This document shows positions 24,055-36,989 of a DNA stretch of 64,000 bases, in pieces. The translations under genes and the position numbers were made by a program. The stretch spans positions 81,282,001 through 81,346,000 of the forward strand of contig CM060731.1 of assembly GCA_030704615.1 (NCBI GenBank). Reading direction: 5' to 3'. Numbering within the stretch: position 1 is the first letter of the stretch; each line of letters opens with the position of its first letter. Below the pieces are notes generated by a model. It worked only from the letters and a program-made list of their open reading frames with translations. It searched no databases and had not been told where the DNA came from. The stretch is from Takakia lepidozioides. Taxonomy: Eukaryota > Plantae > Bryophyta.

Positions 24055-25915
24055 TCAATGATTTCTAGAATCCCGGCGGAGGAGTTTGTGCAGCTCGTTC
24101 ACGCTCAACGCTGGTGCATGAACAAAATCATCAATAGTCAAGTTCATCCTCAACCTCTTCAGGTAAATGTAATACAGATGCTTGCACGGATAATGCTTTG
24201 TCCCCTTCTTTGCTTCCATCAACGAGAAGTCCGTATAATTGCAGGTTGGCTCTACTCCGATTGTAATTGTGTATACGTCGTCGCGTACAGCTGAGCCGGC
24301 CGTTGCCATCCGATAAATACGCCCAAGGCCGGGTGCGGGTACGTCCACGGAGCTCTAAATAGTGCAAGTCATCCCAAGAGCATTGGCAATCCGAGTCTCA
24401 TTCAACTTGTTGGGATGGTGTCATCTCTTCACTCTTCCGAATCGCATTGTGGGATATGCAGAATTGTCCAATCCGTCTCTACTGGACCTCGAAGTCTACA
24501 ATGGCTGGGTCTGAGGAACTGGAAATGGGTGGGCAGGGACGTCTGTGCATTGCACCATTCAAAATTATGCTACAGAAAGAGCATCCGCCTCATTCTGAGA
24601 GAGGTTGCAACTCGGTGCAACAGGCCAGACGCCCAGAGGCTCCGGCATTCTCTGAATCCCGTACTTGGGCTTGCCAAATACACAAGTCATTATGTCGTGC
24701 CTACAGAACCAAAACGTCTGCGTTGTGGCGTGAGAAAATCTGGGAGTCAAAAATCTGCCGCTGAAACAAGGTGCAGGTACAACACCGTGTGGGTTCCTCC
24801 GAATCATCTCACCACAACGTGCTCTCGTATCCACCCGGATGACGCAACACTTCCCTCAAAATGCCGGCAATGTCCTTGCAATTCTCAACTGTGACTCTGA
24901 CACTCTTGTCTCCACAATGGGTATGTTGTACTGCGTTACTACAGATGGCTCGTTATGTTCCTCGGGCACGTGCCCTGTGCTCAAAGAAGATGGTGATCTT
25001 GAACGTGCAGGACTTGCGGTGCTCGACGAGACCTCCTCGGGCAACATCACGGGACCACGAGGGAGCGTGCGAATATTCTTGTCAGCTCGCCATAAATCCT
25101 CTTCTCCGCCAGGTGCCTCGTCAAGTCTTCGTCTCATTGGACGGGTGTGAACATCTGCTTCCAAGTGTTGGCCTCTTCGAAGCAATGGCGTGTCTCGAAG
25201 GCCCTCTCGCAAGGCTGCCGCCCACTTCCGAGGATTCTTCAATCTGGAGGCAGTCCGCATCAGCATTTCCTGCCTGTCCGGCCCCAAACCCCACTGTTTA
25301 TCTTTCAAGAACTCGTTGTACCTGCATTGCTGCATAATTGACCTCACAATGTCCTTCGTTGTGGCATTGAGGATGTCCACCAGATGCGCCGCAGAGGAGG
25401 CACGCCAGGAAGAATGTACTAATCCGGCCATGTTTGTTGTCGGCATGTCGGTGTCGGAGTCCAGACACATTTCCTGCACATGCACATACTAAGGTTACAA
25501 ACAAGTTACAAATAATGTCTAGCATAATATTCAACGGGATGCGAATTCGTCCAACTCACCTCCCGCATATAGTCGCCGAACTGGAGGAAACGATAATGTC
25601 ACCATGCTAGCCAACTGACCATTGCTCCCTCGTCTGATTTCTTTACAGAACCTGACGTTGTCCACCAAGCCCGTATACATGCAAACTGTGTCTCTACATC
25701 ATCCAAGGTGGGAGCACGCTTCCACGCAAGACACATGGAACGGTGCTCCTCTCTGAAATCTGGCGCCACGAGCCTGGTTGTGTAATGCGACAAGCTCTGC
25801 AGAAAATGGAACATACAAGATCTCTCATTGCCTTCCATCGGAACATTGGGGTCTTCCCCGTACACCCTTCGGATGGCAGCCCAATTTGCTTGTGCGTTGT
25901 CCGCCATGAAACACT
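24055..25915 (-). pseudogene. 5'-truncated, diverged paralog of the MULE transposase
   Basis: MADNAQAN...CMFHF, FWFC, and SWIM-like region ending CKHLYYIYL, colinear with 5357-7270. Intron at the equivalent position (~25475-25560). Confidence 0.85.
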
Positions 25916-26079
25916 ACGCCAAATCATGGTTTTTTTTACTTTTTTTTTTTAGAGTCGGCATGAATCATAGTTTTATTGTGGGAATTTATTTGCATGGTTG
26001 AAGGAGCATTTGGTGGCGGGAAGTTGTCAGAGGAATCTTTTCTGGAGGTTCATGTACTAAAAGAGCACTTTTCCTACAG

Positions 26080-26940
26080 GAGATGTTGGAGCTCCAAACA
26101 ATTTTGGCAGAAATGACTGACAGAAGCCTGGTGCTGGTGGATGAGTTGTGCCGGGGAACTGATGTCCAGAAGGGCACCTTTATTGCAGCCAGTGTGATGG
26201 AATCGTTGGACCACACTGGCTGCCTTGGAATCCTCTCAACACATATGCATGACTTGCTGGACATGAAGCTTCAAACCAGTAGGGTTGTCCACAAAGCTAT
26301 GGGGACAAAAGAGGTTGATGGCAGGGTGGAACCTACGTGGAAACTGGTGGATGGTGCTTGCAGAGAGAGCTTAGCGTTTGAGGTGGCCAGGAAAGAAGGG
26401 GTCCAAGAGAGCGTTGTGCAGAGGGCAGAGGAGCTTTATAGAGAGTGGCTTAAGCGCAGGGTGTGGAACACTAGGTTGGAGTTAGCTGGAGGTTCAGAAA
26501 GTGCATGGATGGGAGGAGCCCAGGATGTGATTAATGCTTCAAACGAGCATCTCAGTTTGGAGTCTGAGACATCAGCCCCGTCAGTCAAAGATTCTTTCTT
26601 TGACACTCCTGAACTGGATAGAACCATAGTGACAATTTGCTCTCCAAGTAAAACTGTCCCTATCACCGAAATTCAAGAGGAAAATCAGCTACATATGAGA
26701 CCAGGAGGTATCGTAAATGATATGGCCACAGGTGTGGCTGGAAAGAATGGATGTATTGGTACTGCCATTTCAACTGCTCAAGATCCTAAGTATTGCAAGA
26801 ATGAGCTGTTGAGTGAAGGGATTGGTTGCAAAATGGTTTTTGTATTGAAAGTGGTTTTGGTCTGTGAAATGCTTGGCAAAATTGGGGCACTGCCAGTGGA
26901 TTTACTAAACGTCAGCGTCACAAAGACAGAAAGGAAGTGA
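26080..26940 (+). pseudogene. MSH1: isolated exon of organellar MutS homolog 1 (ATPase domain V, C-terminal part)
   Basis: ctacag| acceptor, then EMLELQTIL...SLVLVDELCRGTDVQKGTFIA...STHMH...CRESLAFEVARKEG. No other MSH1 exon or GIY-YIG domain recognised in the window. Confidence 0.75.
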
Positions 26941-27114
26941 TGGGTATTCACTATGGTGTATCGGAAATGATCCTGCTTATGAGGCAGAAGGCCAATATGA
27001 CAAGGGTGCGGTACTCCGGCAGTCTTCCTTCATCAAAGGTGTGGCCCTGGCTATAGTGCCATTTGTTTACCACATGGTGCATCTATGGTATCATGTACAT
27101 GTCCAAAGGGTTTA

Positions 27115-28050
27115 ACATGTAGCCCAGTAATTTAGGGCACTATGGCCCAGCTGGTCCTATATACAGATCCATTTAGATGGATGTGCAGGTGACGGTAAGC
27201 ACTCAATCAAACTAGAGGGGGGATCATTGCGGTTAGTTACCAATGGGAGGATTTGTGAGCAACTGGGAATGAGACCTCCACTATTTAACTCTCAACAACT
27301 TGAAACTGACATGACTGTCCAAAATTGTTGTTATACTCAGCCCCCACAGAGTAAGGGGTTCCTTAAGGAATGGTGCTTTAAAATCAAGCACCCAATTCTT
27401 TTCCTTCTTCATTATGCTTCAAACAGCTACACCTGCCAGGTTCAAGAGGCTGACATTCTATCAACATTAAATTAACACCAGACTGGGAGGGGTACTGATA
27501 GTGGCCCAGAAAAGGATGGCATGTCAATTTGAACATGCCTGAAATGGCCAGCTACTGAGCCCAACGTAACAGCAAAGACAGGTTTCTCTTGTACGTCCTC
27601 AGTGATTTAGGGCACTACGGCCAGCTAGTCTTGTATTCAAATCCATTTAGACGGATGTGCAGGTGACAATAATAAGCAACTAGAGGGGGGATCATTGCAG
27701 CTAGCTACCAATTGGAGAAATTTTGAGCGGGTGGGAATGAGAACACTGTTTAACCCTCAACACCTCAAAAGTTACACTGCTGCCCAAAATTGTTTTTTCC
27801 TTAGGTAAGCAATGGTGCTTTAAATTCAAGCACCCAAGTCTTTGCCTTCTTCATGATGCTTTCAAACAGCTAGACCTGGGTTCAGTAGGCTGACATTCTA
27901 GCAGCAGGACAAGAAAGCATCAAATCGACACAAGATTGGGAGGGGTCCTGATAGTGGCCTAGAAAAGAATGGCATGTCAATCTGAACATGCCTTATAACC
28001 ACTGTACTATGTTTTAGCCCAACATAACAACAAGGACAGGTTTCATGTCT
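27115..28050. repeat. diverged tandem duplication, ~480-bp unit
   Basis: 27120-27590 and 27600-28045 share colinear blocks, e.g. tttagggcacta, actagaggggggatcattgc, ggctgacattcta, tggcatgtcaat. Confidence 0.8.
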
Positions 28051-29054
28051 TGCAGTTCTCCAATTTTAAAACTGTGCTTCTCATGGAGCCTTGTCCGTTT
28101 TCATAGCTTTGGATAAAATTAGCAGCATGGCACCTTTCTTTACTATATCTTTTCTCGGAGGTCGTCCATTACGAGGATCAGAAATGCTTGGCAGCTTACC
28201 TACATGAAGCGTCGACTCTTAGACAATCCCTTCAACCTTGAGCTTTAGTTGCTTTTTGGGCTGTTTGTGGCCCCTCTTTTTTTTTTTTTTTTTTGAGCTT
28301 CCCTGGACGTTATAAAGTACTATCTCATTTCACTCTAACTCCCACAGATTGCTTTCCCTGCTCCCCCACTTGTTGGTAGTGGGGCTGAAGATATCTGGGT
28401 AAGACACTGTCATCCCTTCTTTTGGCAGCAACTTATGGAGATCTGAGTGTCTTACACAGACTTGTCTCAAGTATTCTACTGGTATGAAAGAGAGGACCAA
28501 GCTGCAGGATTGGGGAAAAGAGACGACTGTTTGCATTTTTGTGATGCTTTTCCATTAGGACATTAGGAGGGTTATCTCAACGATATCAGTACTTTCAGTG
28601 TTGTGCGGGTCCGGGTTTTGACGGTTTGACACCAGGTACCCTGCGGGTTAGGGTCCGGGTTACTTCGCTCCTTGAAATCCCTAGATATAATTTCACTCTA
28701 TGTTTCCCTATACAAATTGAAGTCCCTATACTATTTATTTCCCGCTTTATTTCCCTTTGGAAGAGGTTGGGTAGCGGTGAGCATGCTCAAGCGAGCACAA
28801 GGGAATATTCAGGATATTCCCTAGATGCCTTTTGAATATTCTTAAGTGAAACTAAAATTGAGAAACTAAAAACTTTGCGAAACTATTTTTAACTGCTCAC
28901 ATAGGCCCTCACAGCAACACTTACAAAACAAGTAACCCCTATACACGATAACCATGTTACCCTATAGGCGTGAGATTTCCTCACGCTATGCTCACCCGGT
29001 ACTAGGCCCTTTCCATGATAGACTTGAGAAAAGGGCGCTGAGACTCCAAGAGAC

Positions 29055-29192
29055 CTACTTAATTTTATTTTCTCAGTGCGAAATTAAAACTCTAACCCCC
29101 GAAACTCCTACTTAATTTTATTTTCTCAGTGCGAAATTAAAACTTTCACCCCCGAAACTCCTACTTAATTTTATTTTTTCAATGCGAAATTT
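29055..29192. repeat. ~53-bp tandem repeat x3
   Basis: cctacttaattttattttctcagtgcgaaatt occurs three times. Confidence 0.85.
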
Positions 29193-29633
29193 GAAAGATA
29201 GATTAGATAGTTTATCGTTATGGTGCAACTGCATTCTATGAATGCACCGTGCCTCAAAACATGTAATTCCTATGACCCCGGTTTAAAAACATACAACCCC
29301 CATGACCGTGGGTTGTGCTCACGTGAGCCTGGTCACAGGATACCAACCCCCCCCCTTTGGAATAAGGGGCCCAGGTTTGAAAGGGGGTGTGGGGATTAGA
29401 GAGTGGTCCAGGAATTAACTAGAGCCCACAGGGAATGGGAAAAGCATGTATTAAGGCTACGAAGAGAGCCAGGAAAACTGCACACCCCAAGCCAAGGACA
29501 TTAATACATGGATGGTGTGGAAGTGGGACCCAGGCTTGGAAAAGTGTACTTGGTGGAGGCAACCTTCTAGAAGGGTCCCACCGCTAAGGGCTCGGCAGGC
29601 TTCTAGAAGGTCCCACCGCCCTCGGAGGGTATA

Positions 29634-30330
29634 CCGTCCCTGAACAACCATTTAGGCGATAATTAATTCAAAATGTAAGTGCCTAATCGATTCTGTGAAT
29701 TTTTCAGATTTTGGCCTAATTGTTGGGAAATTATAGGACCAAAGTGCCTAATGCCCAAAAATTCCACCCAAAAACTTGCAAGCCTCTTCTCATGTTGTTT
29801 GTAATAAGATCAAAATTTCTTTCAACAAAAATCAATACAAATATATGCGTGCGGAAATAACTAGCCTACCAGCCTACCACAACTCAAGATTACCATTATG
29901 TAAGAGGTTTCACCGTGCACCAACATACCAATATGAAAACCAGTATACCCAATGACCAATGTATCAAAGCCCTGAACCAGCGTGCCTACCCACCAAAGCC
30001 TTGCACCTGCCTACACTAGTGAGGACTATCAATATTGAACTCACCTAAAGTATGAGAGCGAATGAGAGCTTGCCTGTACCAGCTTGGGCCTTGGAGCACA
30101 GCGTACAACAAAGACGGGCATTTTTAGGGTTTCAAAGGAAATAAAAGGTTCTATTTTGTAATTTTATTCTTAAGAAAATAAATGTTTTCTCTTCTCATGT
30201 ACCTAATTCTAAAAACTTTATAGCATGAAGATGCCTAATTTGAGAAATTGTTTTCAAAACATGCCTAATTTTTTGATTGATTGATTTTATTATTAGGCGC
30301 AAAAATGCCTAAACGGTTATCGAGGGACGG
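29634..30330. mobile_element. MITE with ~24-bp TIRs and TA target duplication (Tc1/mariner-like)
   Basis: ta|ccgtccctgaacaaccatttaggc ... gcctaaacggttatcgagggacgg|ta. AT-rich non-coding interior. Confidence 0.75.
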
Positions 30331-30779
30331 TATGGAGAGAAAGGGGGGCTCTCTTCCCCTCTCACTTAATATTAAATCACTTTCTAGTTACTAGTATCTA
30401 GTGGGCTCTACACACCCCTCTCACTTAATACTAAATCACTTTCTAGTTACTAGTATCTAGGGGGCTCTACACATGCCCCAAAAAAACACAAATGATGACA
30501 TAATAAATTAACAGAAGTAGAGCAAAGATGAAAAAACCCCCCAAAGATTAAAGTCCTTAGGACATACTAACTTCCCATTCTATATCTCTGCATTCCATCT
30601 CCAAGGGAAATATCTCTTGGTGGGAATGTCTCAATTGTATTCCGTAGGTGACCTATTTTCCTTCTAAGTAGTAGGGAATAGTCCCAAATGCAAGTTTCCC
30701 ACATGTGAGTATGTGACCCTGGCTCAGGGACTTATAAGGGAAAAACAATAGTTTTCCCGCTAAGGACTAAGTTATAAGC

Positions 30780-31800
30780 TCTTGTCGAAGTCTGGCATGA
30801 TGGAAATCAGATCAACACAATTGAGTCTATGATATTCATTGGTCATTGAGATAGTTTGCAAGCAGTATTTAGATATGAAGTCATTCGCTTCCGAATTGAG
30901 TACTTACATGTTGTTAATCATTTTGAACCATGATCTCCGAAGAAAGTTTCAAGAAAATTTGGACAGTTCGATGTTTAAAGTTAAACAGACCTGAACAATT
31001 GTGAAGCGCAAAGTCTCTCCACGGAGTCCGATCAATAGGGATGTCAGACCCATGGCCATAGGTCCAATAACGAATCGCCAAAACGATCCAACGAGCGTAT
31101 GCCATATTCCACATGATAGCAACGTCTTCTCACCCGTCATGTGCAAGCCTGACAGGTAGTAGGAACAGTAGGCAGGTATGAGCCAAGTGTATGTACAGCC
31201 ATTTCAACACCGATTTATTCAAGAGACAGCAGAGTCAAGATATATCTTTCAGATCTATGATACAGTCAGCCTTACTTGAGAGATCGACTAAGAAGGGAAA
31301 ACTGCTCTCGAAAGTATGTCTTATGGTCTCAGCCTGTGACTGAAGTAATTGACGAAAGGCTATATACATGCTAAGGAATGTTGAGGAAATTGCTGGGTCA
31401 CGTTAAACAGAGGCCACCCTTCATGTGCAGCAATAGCGATGAGTGCTCGATTAATTGACGCCCATTCGACAACTGGTGCAAAGGTTTCGTCAAAGTTGTC
31501 TGCTCGAACCCTCTTGCCACAAGGCGTGCTTTGAGTTTGGCTACAGACCCATCAGCCCTCCTCTTCATTTAGTAGACCCATGTAGCTGAAACCGGTCGCT
31601 TGCCAACATGTAGTTCTACGAGCTCCCATGTATGATTTTGTAAATCGAGTTCATTTCCTGGTCCATCGCATCTGTCCATCCACGAAAAGAAATAGCCTCA
31701 TTAAAATTAGCAGGCTCAAATGAGGAAATTTCAACGACATAACCCAAGCCTCATCAGAGAACTCATCAGAGGCGAAGTATGAACCGGCTAGAATCGTACT
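30780..31800 (-). mobile_element. highly degraded Ty1/copia RT-RNase H remnant
   Basis: Minus strand reads WTDAMDQEM...HTWELVEL...WVY..KRRADGSVAKLKARLVARGFEQ, with many disruptions. Confidence 0.8.
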
Positions 31801-32244
31801 ACATACACATGTCATAACAAAATTTCATATCGATGGTGCTAGCTTGACATCCCCGTCATGTCACTCATCCCACAGTACATTGGTCATTTTAGGTTCACCA
31901 ATCGAACTATTGATGAACCCTGCAACATTTTCGAGCATATCGGGATCTCCGTCACATATGTTCCTTGTTTAAGGATCCAACACCCGATTTAAGACATCAA
32001 GGTCATTGACACAAAGACCATAAGATTTCACCCAAGGGGCTCTATGTCGCATCTGCGACCAGTCTCATTTCCCTTTCCTAACAAAGCGTATATTGGGTGA
32101 GGACAGCAGACTGCTCTCGAGGAGTACTGAGGAAGAGCTGAGAAATAGGAATGTACAAGGACGAGGCCCTTGTAGAGTATGTCGTGCCATTGTCATGCTC
32201 TAATATTGTAGTTTACCTAGATCAACTACGACTATATGTGTACA

Positions 32245-34288
32245 GGCTTTCAGAGGCGATACCGATTGTGTACATGCAAAGGCCAACGCCCATCCTGCTG
32301 ATGATGTCGACAGAATTTCTCAGAATGAGAGGATAGGCAAAACCCAACCTGCAAAATTAAAGGATCCGAGAATAATTCATCAATTAGCCTGCCTGTCGGC
32401 GCTGGTCGGATACTAGTAATAAAATGCTCACTGTTGCAGATAATAACGTCAGATACTGTGTACTCCGGACATCTATCCGGGTCAGTTTCTCACTATCCCC
32501 ATCATGTGCATTCACAATGTCAAGTTGGTGCCTGTGCGAGTTCATGACACATGCTTAATGAATGTATATCTCATTTGTACTCGCTCAAGGAAATGATGTA
32601 GCTTCCAACGTGGTTTCAGTTTGGTACGTACAACTCTTCCTATCTAGATACCTAGACCACATCTGGAACCGAGATCCTTCGAAACGAGAGTCTTGTACCT
32701 GCTTGCAATGAGCGAATACGTGATACCCAGAAAGCTGCCATACAACACGGGTAGTTGCATCATTCTCTTCATCACCTTTACAGCCACTTGCTTTGGGAAA
32801 TTTGTCTTCACTTCCAGGTACTCTCGACCCCTCCCTAGTGCAGAGTCGATCTCAGATGCTTGAATTTGGGCCTCCCCATCAGTGACGGACGTACCCCTGA
32901 ATTTTTCCAACTGACTTGCTTGCGCTCGAGTTTCTGAGAACACATTTGGGTCCTTCTCCGCCTCTGATGAACCAATCGTCATTTGACAATCATCGCCCTT
33001 TCCTTCGTCGACTGATCCTGATGTAACAGTTGAGCATGTAAATGAATATGTAGAAATAGCTCTGGACTTACTTCACAGTTACATATCTATCATGTGTATG
33101 AGTGACGTTGCGTCGTCTTTGAGTAGTTTGAATTTATGCCGAGTTTGAGATAACCAATTTATGCATGATGTACCATATTGAGTCAACAGAAACATACTAT
33201 GAGTTCAGTGATCTCGGTGAATAAGTACCAGAAATCCCCTGGATTTGAGGCAGTGAGGATTCCGTTCGATGTGATAATGTACAAGAATTGCGGAATTAGG
33301 CTTCCTCACTTGAGGATCTGCTAGCGGTTGCGACAACCGCATCAACAGTGCTACCTTCGACGCTCTTCACACCCTTTGAAACAAATGGCTTTACCTTTGC
33401 GGAGATATCAAGAAGAGCTTTGCGAGTTTCATAGAGGATTAGAATTACGTTGATCGACAACACATATCCAATGAAGAGAGTTGCAATTCCCTCAGTAGCA
33501 CCAGTGTAGAGCGGCATTAGAATAGGTATACCAATAATGATATTGTTGGGCACAACTGCAAGCTGCAGGAGAGTGATGACCCAGTCGATGTTGTCATTTG
33601 TGAACCACGCCCACCCACAAAGCATAACTGGAAGGCACAGATAGGCATTATTCAGCATAAATGTCGATGAATGGATTGTATGTAAACATACAACTTAGAA
33701 AATGTCCGCAAGTTACAACAGGCTCAACATGGAAAGTCTGTGGTCTGGTAGTAGAAAAATAAGTCCTTGAGACAAATCTACTGATTTGCGATATTCGTGC
33801 TGTGATTCGAAAAATGGCTAGACTACAAACCAAGAAACGAACTTGATTATGAAATCTCCAGGTTCTCCTTAGATATGAATTCACATTTCCGTCGTTTAAA
33901 AAATAAGATAGTTAACAAGTTTAAAGATCCAACAAACCTCCCCTATCAAAAGTCGTGTCTCCCATCAAAGAGTCTAAGGAGATCACATGTATTGCGTGCA
34001 ATCTATAAAGGAGTGTGTACATAGCTTTGGTCGAGCGTACCCAGAATAAGAAAGATGCAAGACTGTTAGCTACAATAAGACACTAGTTCATTGTGTAGGG
34101 TCGTTGAGGGCCTGTATCTGAAACAGAAGTGCAGGAAAAACGATATATGACGTGAAACTGTTGAGCCCCCGGCCTTGATCAGCAGTAACGATGTTCCACC
34201 ATCTCAGCGACCCATATCCGAGGACTAACGCAACATATAGTGGGAACACTGCACTCAGTACATGATAAAACTACTCCAATGTCAACAT
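32245..34288 (-). pseudogene. PIN: non-canonical (short-loop) PIN auxin efflux carrier pseudogene, 4 exons visible, 3' end missing
   Basis: [95 protein letters not shown]. Early stop and a frameshift in exon 1. Confidence 0.85.
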
Positions 34289-35167
34289 CTCAAGTGTCCT
34301 TCGAGAGTCCTTCTAGATACACACCAAATGAACACGGGAAAGAATTTCTTGCCCCTCTCAAGTTGCAGTTGGCTTCCCCTCGATGAAGATGATTTAGCAC
34401 TTCTACGAGAGTAAAACACTCCAAATAAAATTTGTTTGTATTTATCGTGCCGTTAAAAAGCAGAATTCATCGGAGAATGCACCGCGTCAGCTCCCCCGAG
34501 TCCTCGAGTGCATTCTGAAATGCAGAACAGTGCACCGGCCAGTAGATTTTTTTAAATTTGTTTTTGGCATTTCTTTACGCAGGTAATGCCCCTCGTGTAG
34601 TCGTTCCCGGATTTTGGGGCCATTCCCCTCGGGTCAGGCCCTTAAATACGGAATCCCCTCCACTCAGGGCATTTCCGTATGCGTAAAGCAATGCCAACAA
34701 ATTTTGTTTGTATTTATCGTGCCGTTAGAAAGCAGAATTCACCGCCTGGCTAATTCTACGCAAATCCTTTCCGACGCTGAACAAGTGGCATGGGATATCT
34801 GATTCATCCGAGGGCCTCAAGTTGAGCTGGTCCAACATGAGACAACCTCCTGACTTGGATCTATTGTTCTACAGTTCCTCGTTCCTGGAACAGCTGCCTG
34901 CCTTTGGGGCCGATTCTCCCCAACTTCGACCACGCTGCAGTGGTGGTGAAATGTAGCCCTCAGAGTCCACGCTAGGGGCAGGGGGTACTTCAAGCTCAAT
35001 CCTTCTATTCTGAAAAACCGTGCTGAAGCATGAATGGTCTTCTGCGAATGGTCTCAAGTCTCCCACTCTCATTTTCTTGCACAAACTTCAGGCTACGAGG
35101 AGAATGGCCCGGTCTATTCTATTCTAGGATTATGAGTGAGTACTTACTCACTCAGACTACTATGCAC

Positions 35168-35602
35168 GTCTTCTTGCCTTTATTGTTTGTTGGTTTGTCT
35201 GTCGGTTCTTCTCTACAGTCCATTACTTATGCAAACTAGAGGAATGATGGAAAGAGAAAGTGGTGAATTCATACCTTCTCATCATCAGCACCAACTGCTG
35301 CCATTGAAGCTTGTTTTTTTGGGGGGTCTTCAGCTTATCCAAACCGGGCATGGATGCACTAGTGTATGAAAGACCGGTGGGGCTTGGGCAGTGACATCCA
35401 GACTGGGTCCAGCCACATGGAAACATGATTTAACCACCTTCTCAGGATGTGGTTGAGAGGAGACTTCTGCCTTTATTGTTTGTTGGTTTGTCTGTCTGTT
35501 CTTCTCTACAGTCCATTACTTATGCAAACTAGAGGGATGATGGAAAAAGAAAGTGGTGAACTCATACCCTCTCATCATTAGCACCAACTGCTGCCATTGA
35601 AG
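35168..35602. repeat. ~300-bp tandem duplication; the second unit is split by the 35603-52893 insertion and resumes at 52894
   Basis: The first unit keeps the empty site ccattgaag|cttgttttt (35301-35318). Confidence 0.85.
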
Positions 35603-36151
35603 TGTCGTGCACCTAAGCATCGTGCCACAACATACATCGCTGTCCACCACATAATCTAAGCACACAATCCTAGAAAGTTATACCACAATGATAATGAAAG
35701 TAAACATAATGGAAACCCTCCACTCATGAATCCACTCAATCACATAAACTAAGTCAAGCCAAGGGCACCCTTGCTAAGGGAATCCACCCTACAAAGCCCC
35801 CACCACACTCCCTCTCAATACCTAGAGCTATGGAGGTGAGAGAGGCTCATGGAGGCTCAACTACAAGAAGATGAGCCTCCTCCATCCTCACAAGGGGAAA
35901 ACGTATCCCCATGTCCCAAGTGAGGCTCGACACCTCACTTGGCATGTGAGACCAAATGAAGTCCCAACACACAAAATATAAATATAAATATCTAAAATGT
36001 CACAGTTAACTAGAAGTAGGTAATTCTAGATAACCATGACTAAAACCATGACAGCTGTTGTGCACCTAAGCATCGTGCCACAATATACATCGTTGTCCAC
36101 CACACAATCTAAGCACATAATCCTAGAAAGTTATACCACAATCGTCCCCCT
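35603..36151 (-). repeat. 3' split repeats: PPT-like 36142-36151, A' 36056-36140, GC spacer, B 35689-36053, A 35603-35687
   Basis: A and A' are 85-bp near-identical direct repeats. B is repeated at 52551-52893. Confidence 0.9.
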
Positions 36152-36403
36152 AGCTGGTGATTAGGTCCCTCTAACATCGGATAGCTGACAAGTATCCATC
36201 CCAATAAGATCATCGTTTGGTCATCAATCGCCCAAGTCCCAGTATCTGAAGGCAGTAGATCAAGAGGCTGGGTGCAAAAGTAGCCCCATCGTTACTCGCC
36301 TTCCTGCAATCCATGGCTCCAATTGGGTGTCTATGGCATTGAACTCCCGTTAGCTAGACCTTGGATCACTTGTCAACCTCACCACTGTCATGCCCCACTA
36401 CCT

Positions 36404-36989
36404 CTATCCAAGGCATCGTGGACACAACCATTCTCCACTAGGAACCTCCTCAAGTGGCGGTGTCAAGCATCCTTTGTGCCACCCCCTTGAGCATTTGTCA
36501 CACGCCAACATGGTCGTGGCACCACCAGCATATCCACATAGCATGCAACGCAACCCTGCAGGTATCACTGCAAGGTTGGGATCTATCCTCCCATCTACAT
36601 GTGGAAGGTGACATGTCGCACAATTGCGCACATGGTCCTTCCATACCATGCCATCTCGACCCTCCAGAATCAACACTCCTGAAGGCAACACCTCCCGGAT
36701 CCTTAGAATCACACGACCTGCTGTGACATCCAGACTGGATCAAAGACCTCTCCATATCACTATACCTGTAGGGCCTTCGAAAAATTGGCGTGTCACTTGC
36801 CAAATCAATACGAATCTCCTGGCCCTTCAAACTCTCCAAATCCTTCAAACCGAAGGTAAAGCAATTTCTATAAGCCCTTAGAAATCATTGGATCCTTCGC
36901 CTCTCTCCTCCGGTGACTGTAGGTCCAACATCTGGTTCCCAGTTGTCCTCAGTGACTACAACCTTGGGTACACCAGGCTTGAAGGTAGG
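36404..36989 (-). pseudogene. pol: RT N-terminus fused by deletion (~36735) to the Pol C-terminal tail with a PHD finger
   Basis: IRIDLASDTPIFRRPYRYSDMERSLIQ (gypsy RT start). CMLC...MLACDKCSRGWHKGCLTPPLEEVPSGEWLCPRC (C4HC3 PHD). Confidence 0.85.
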
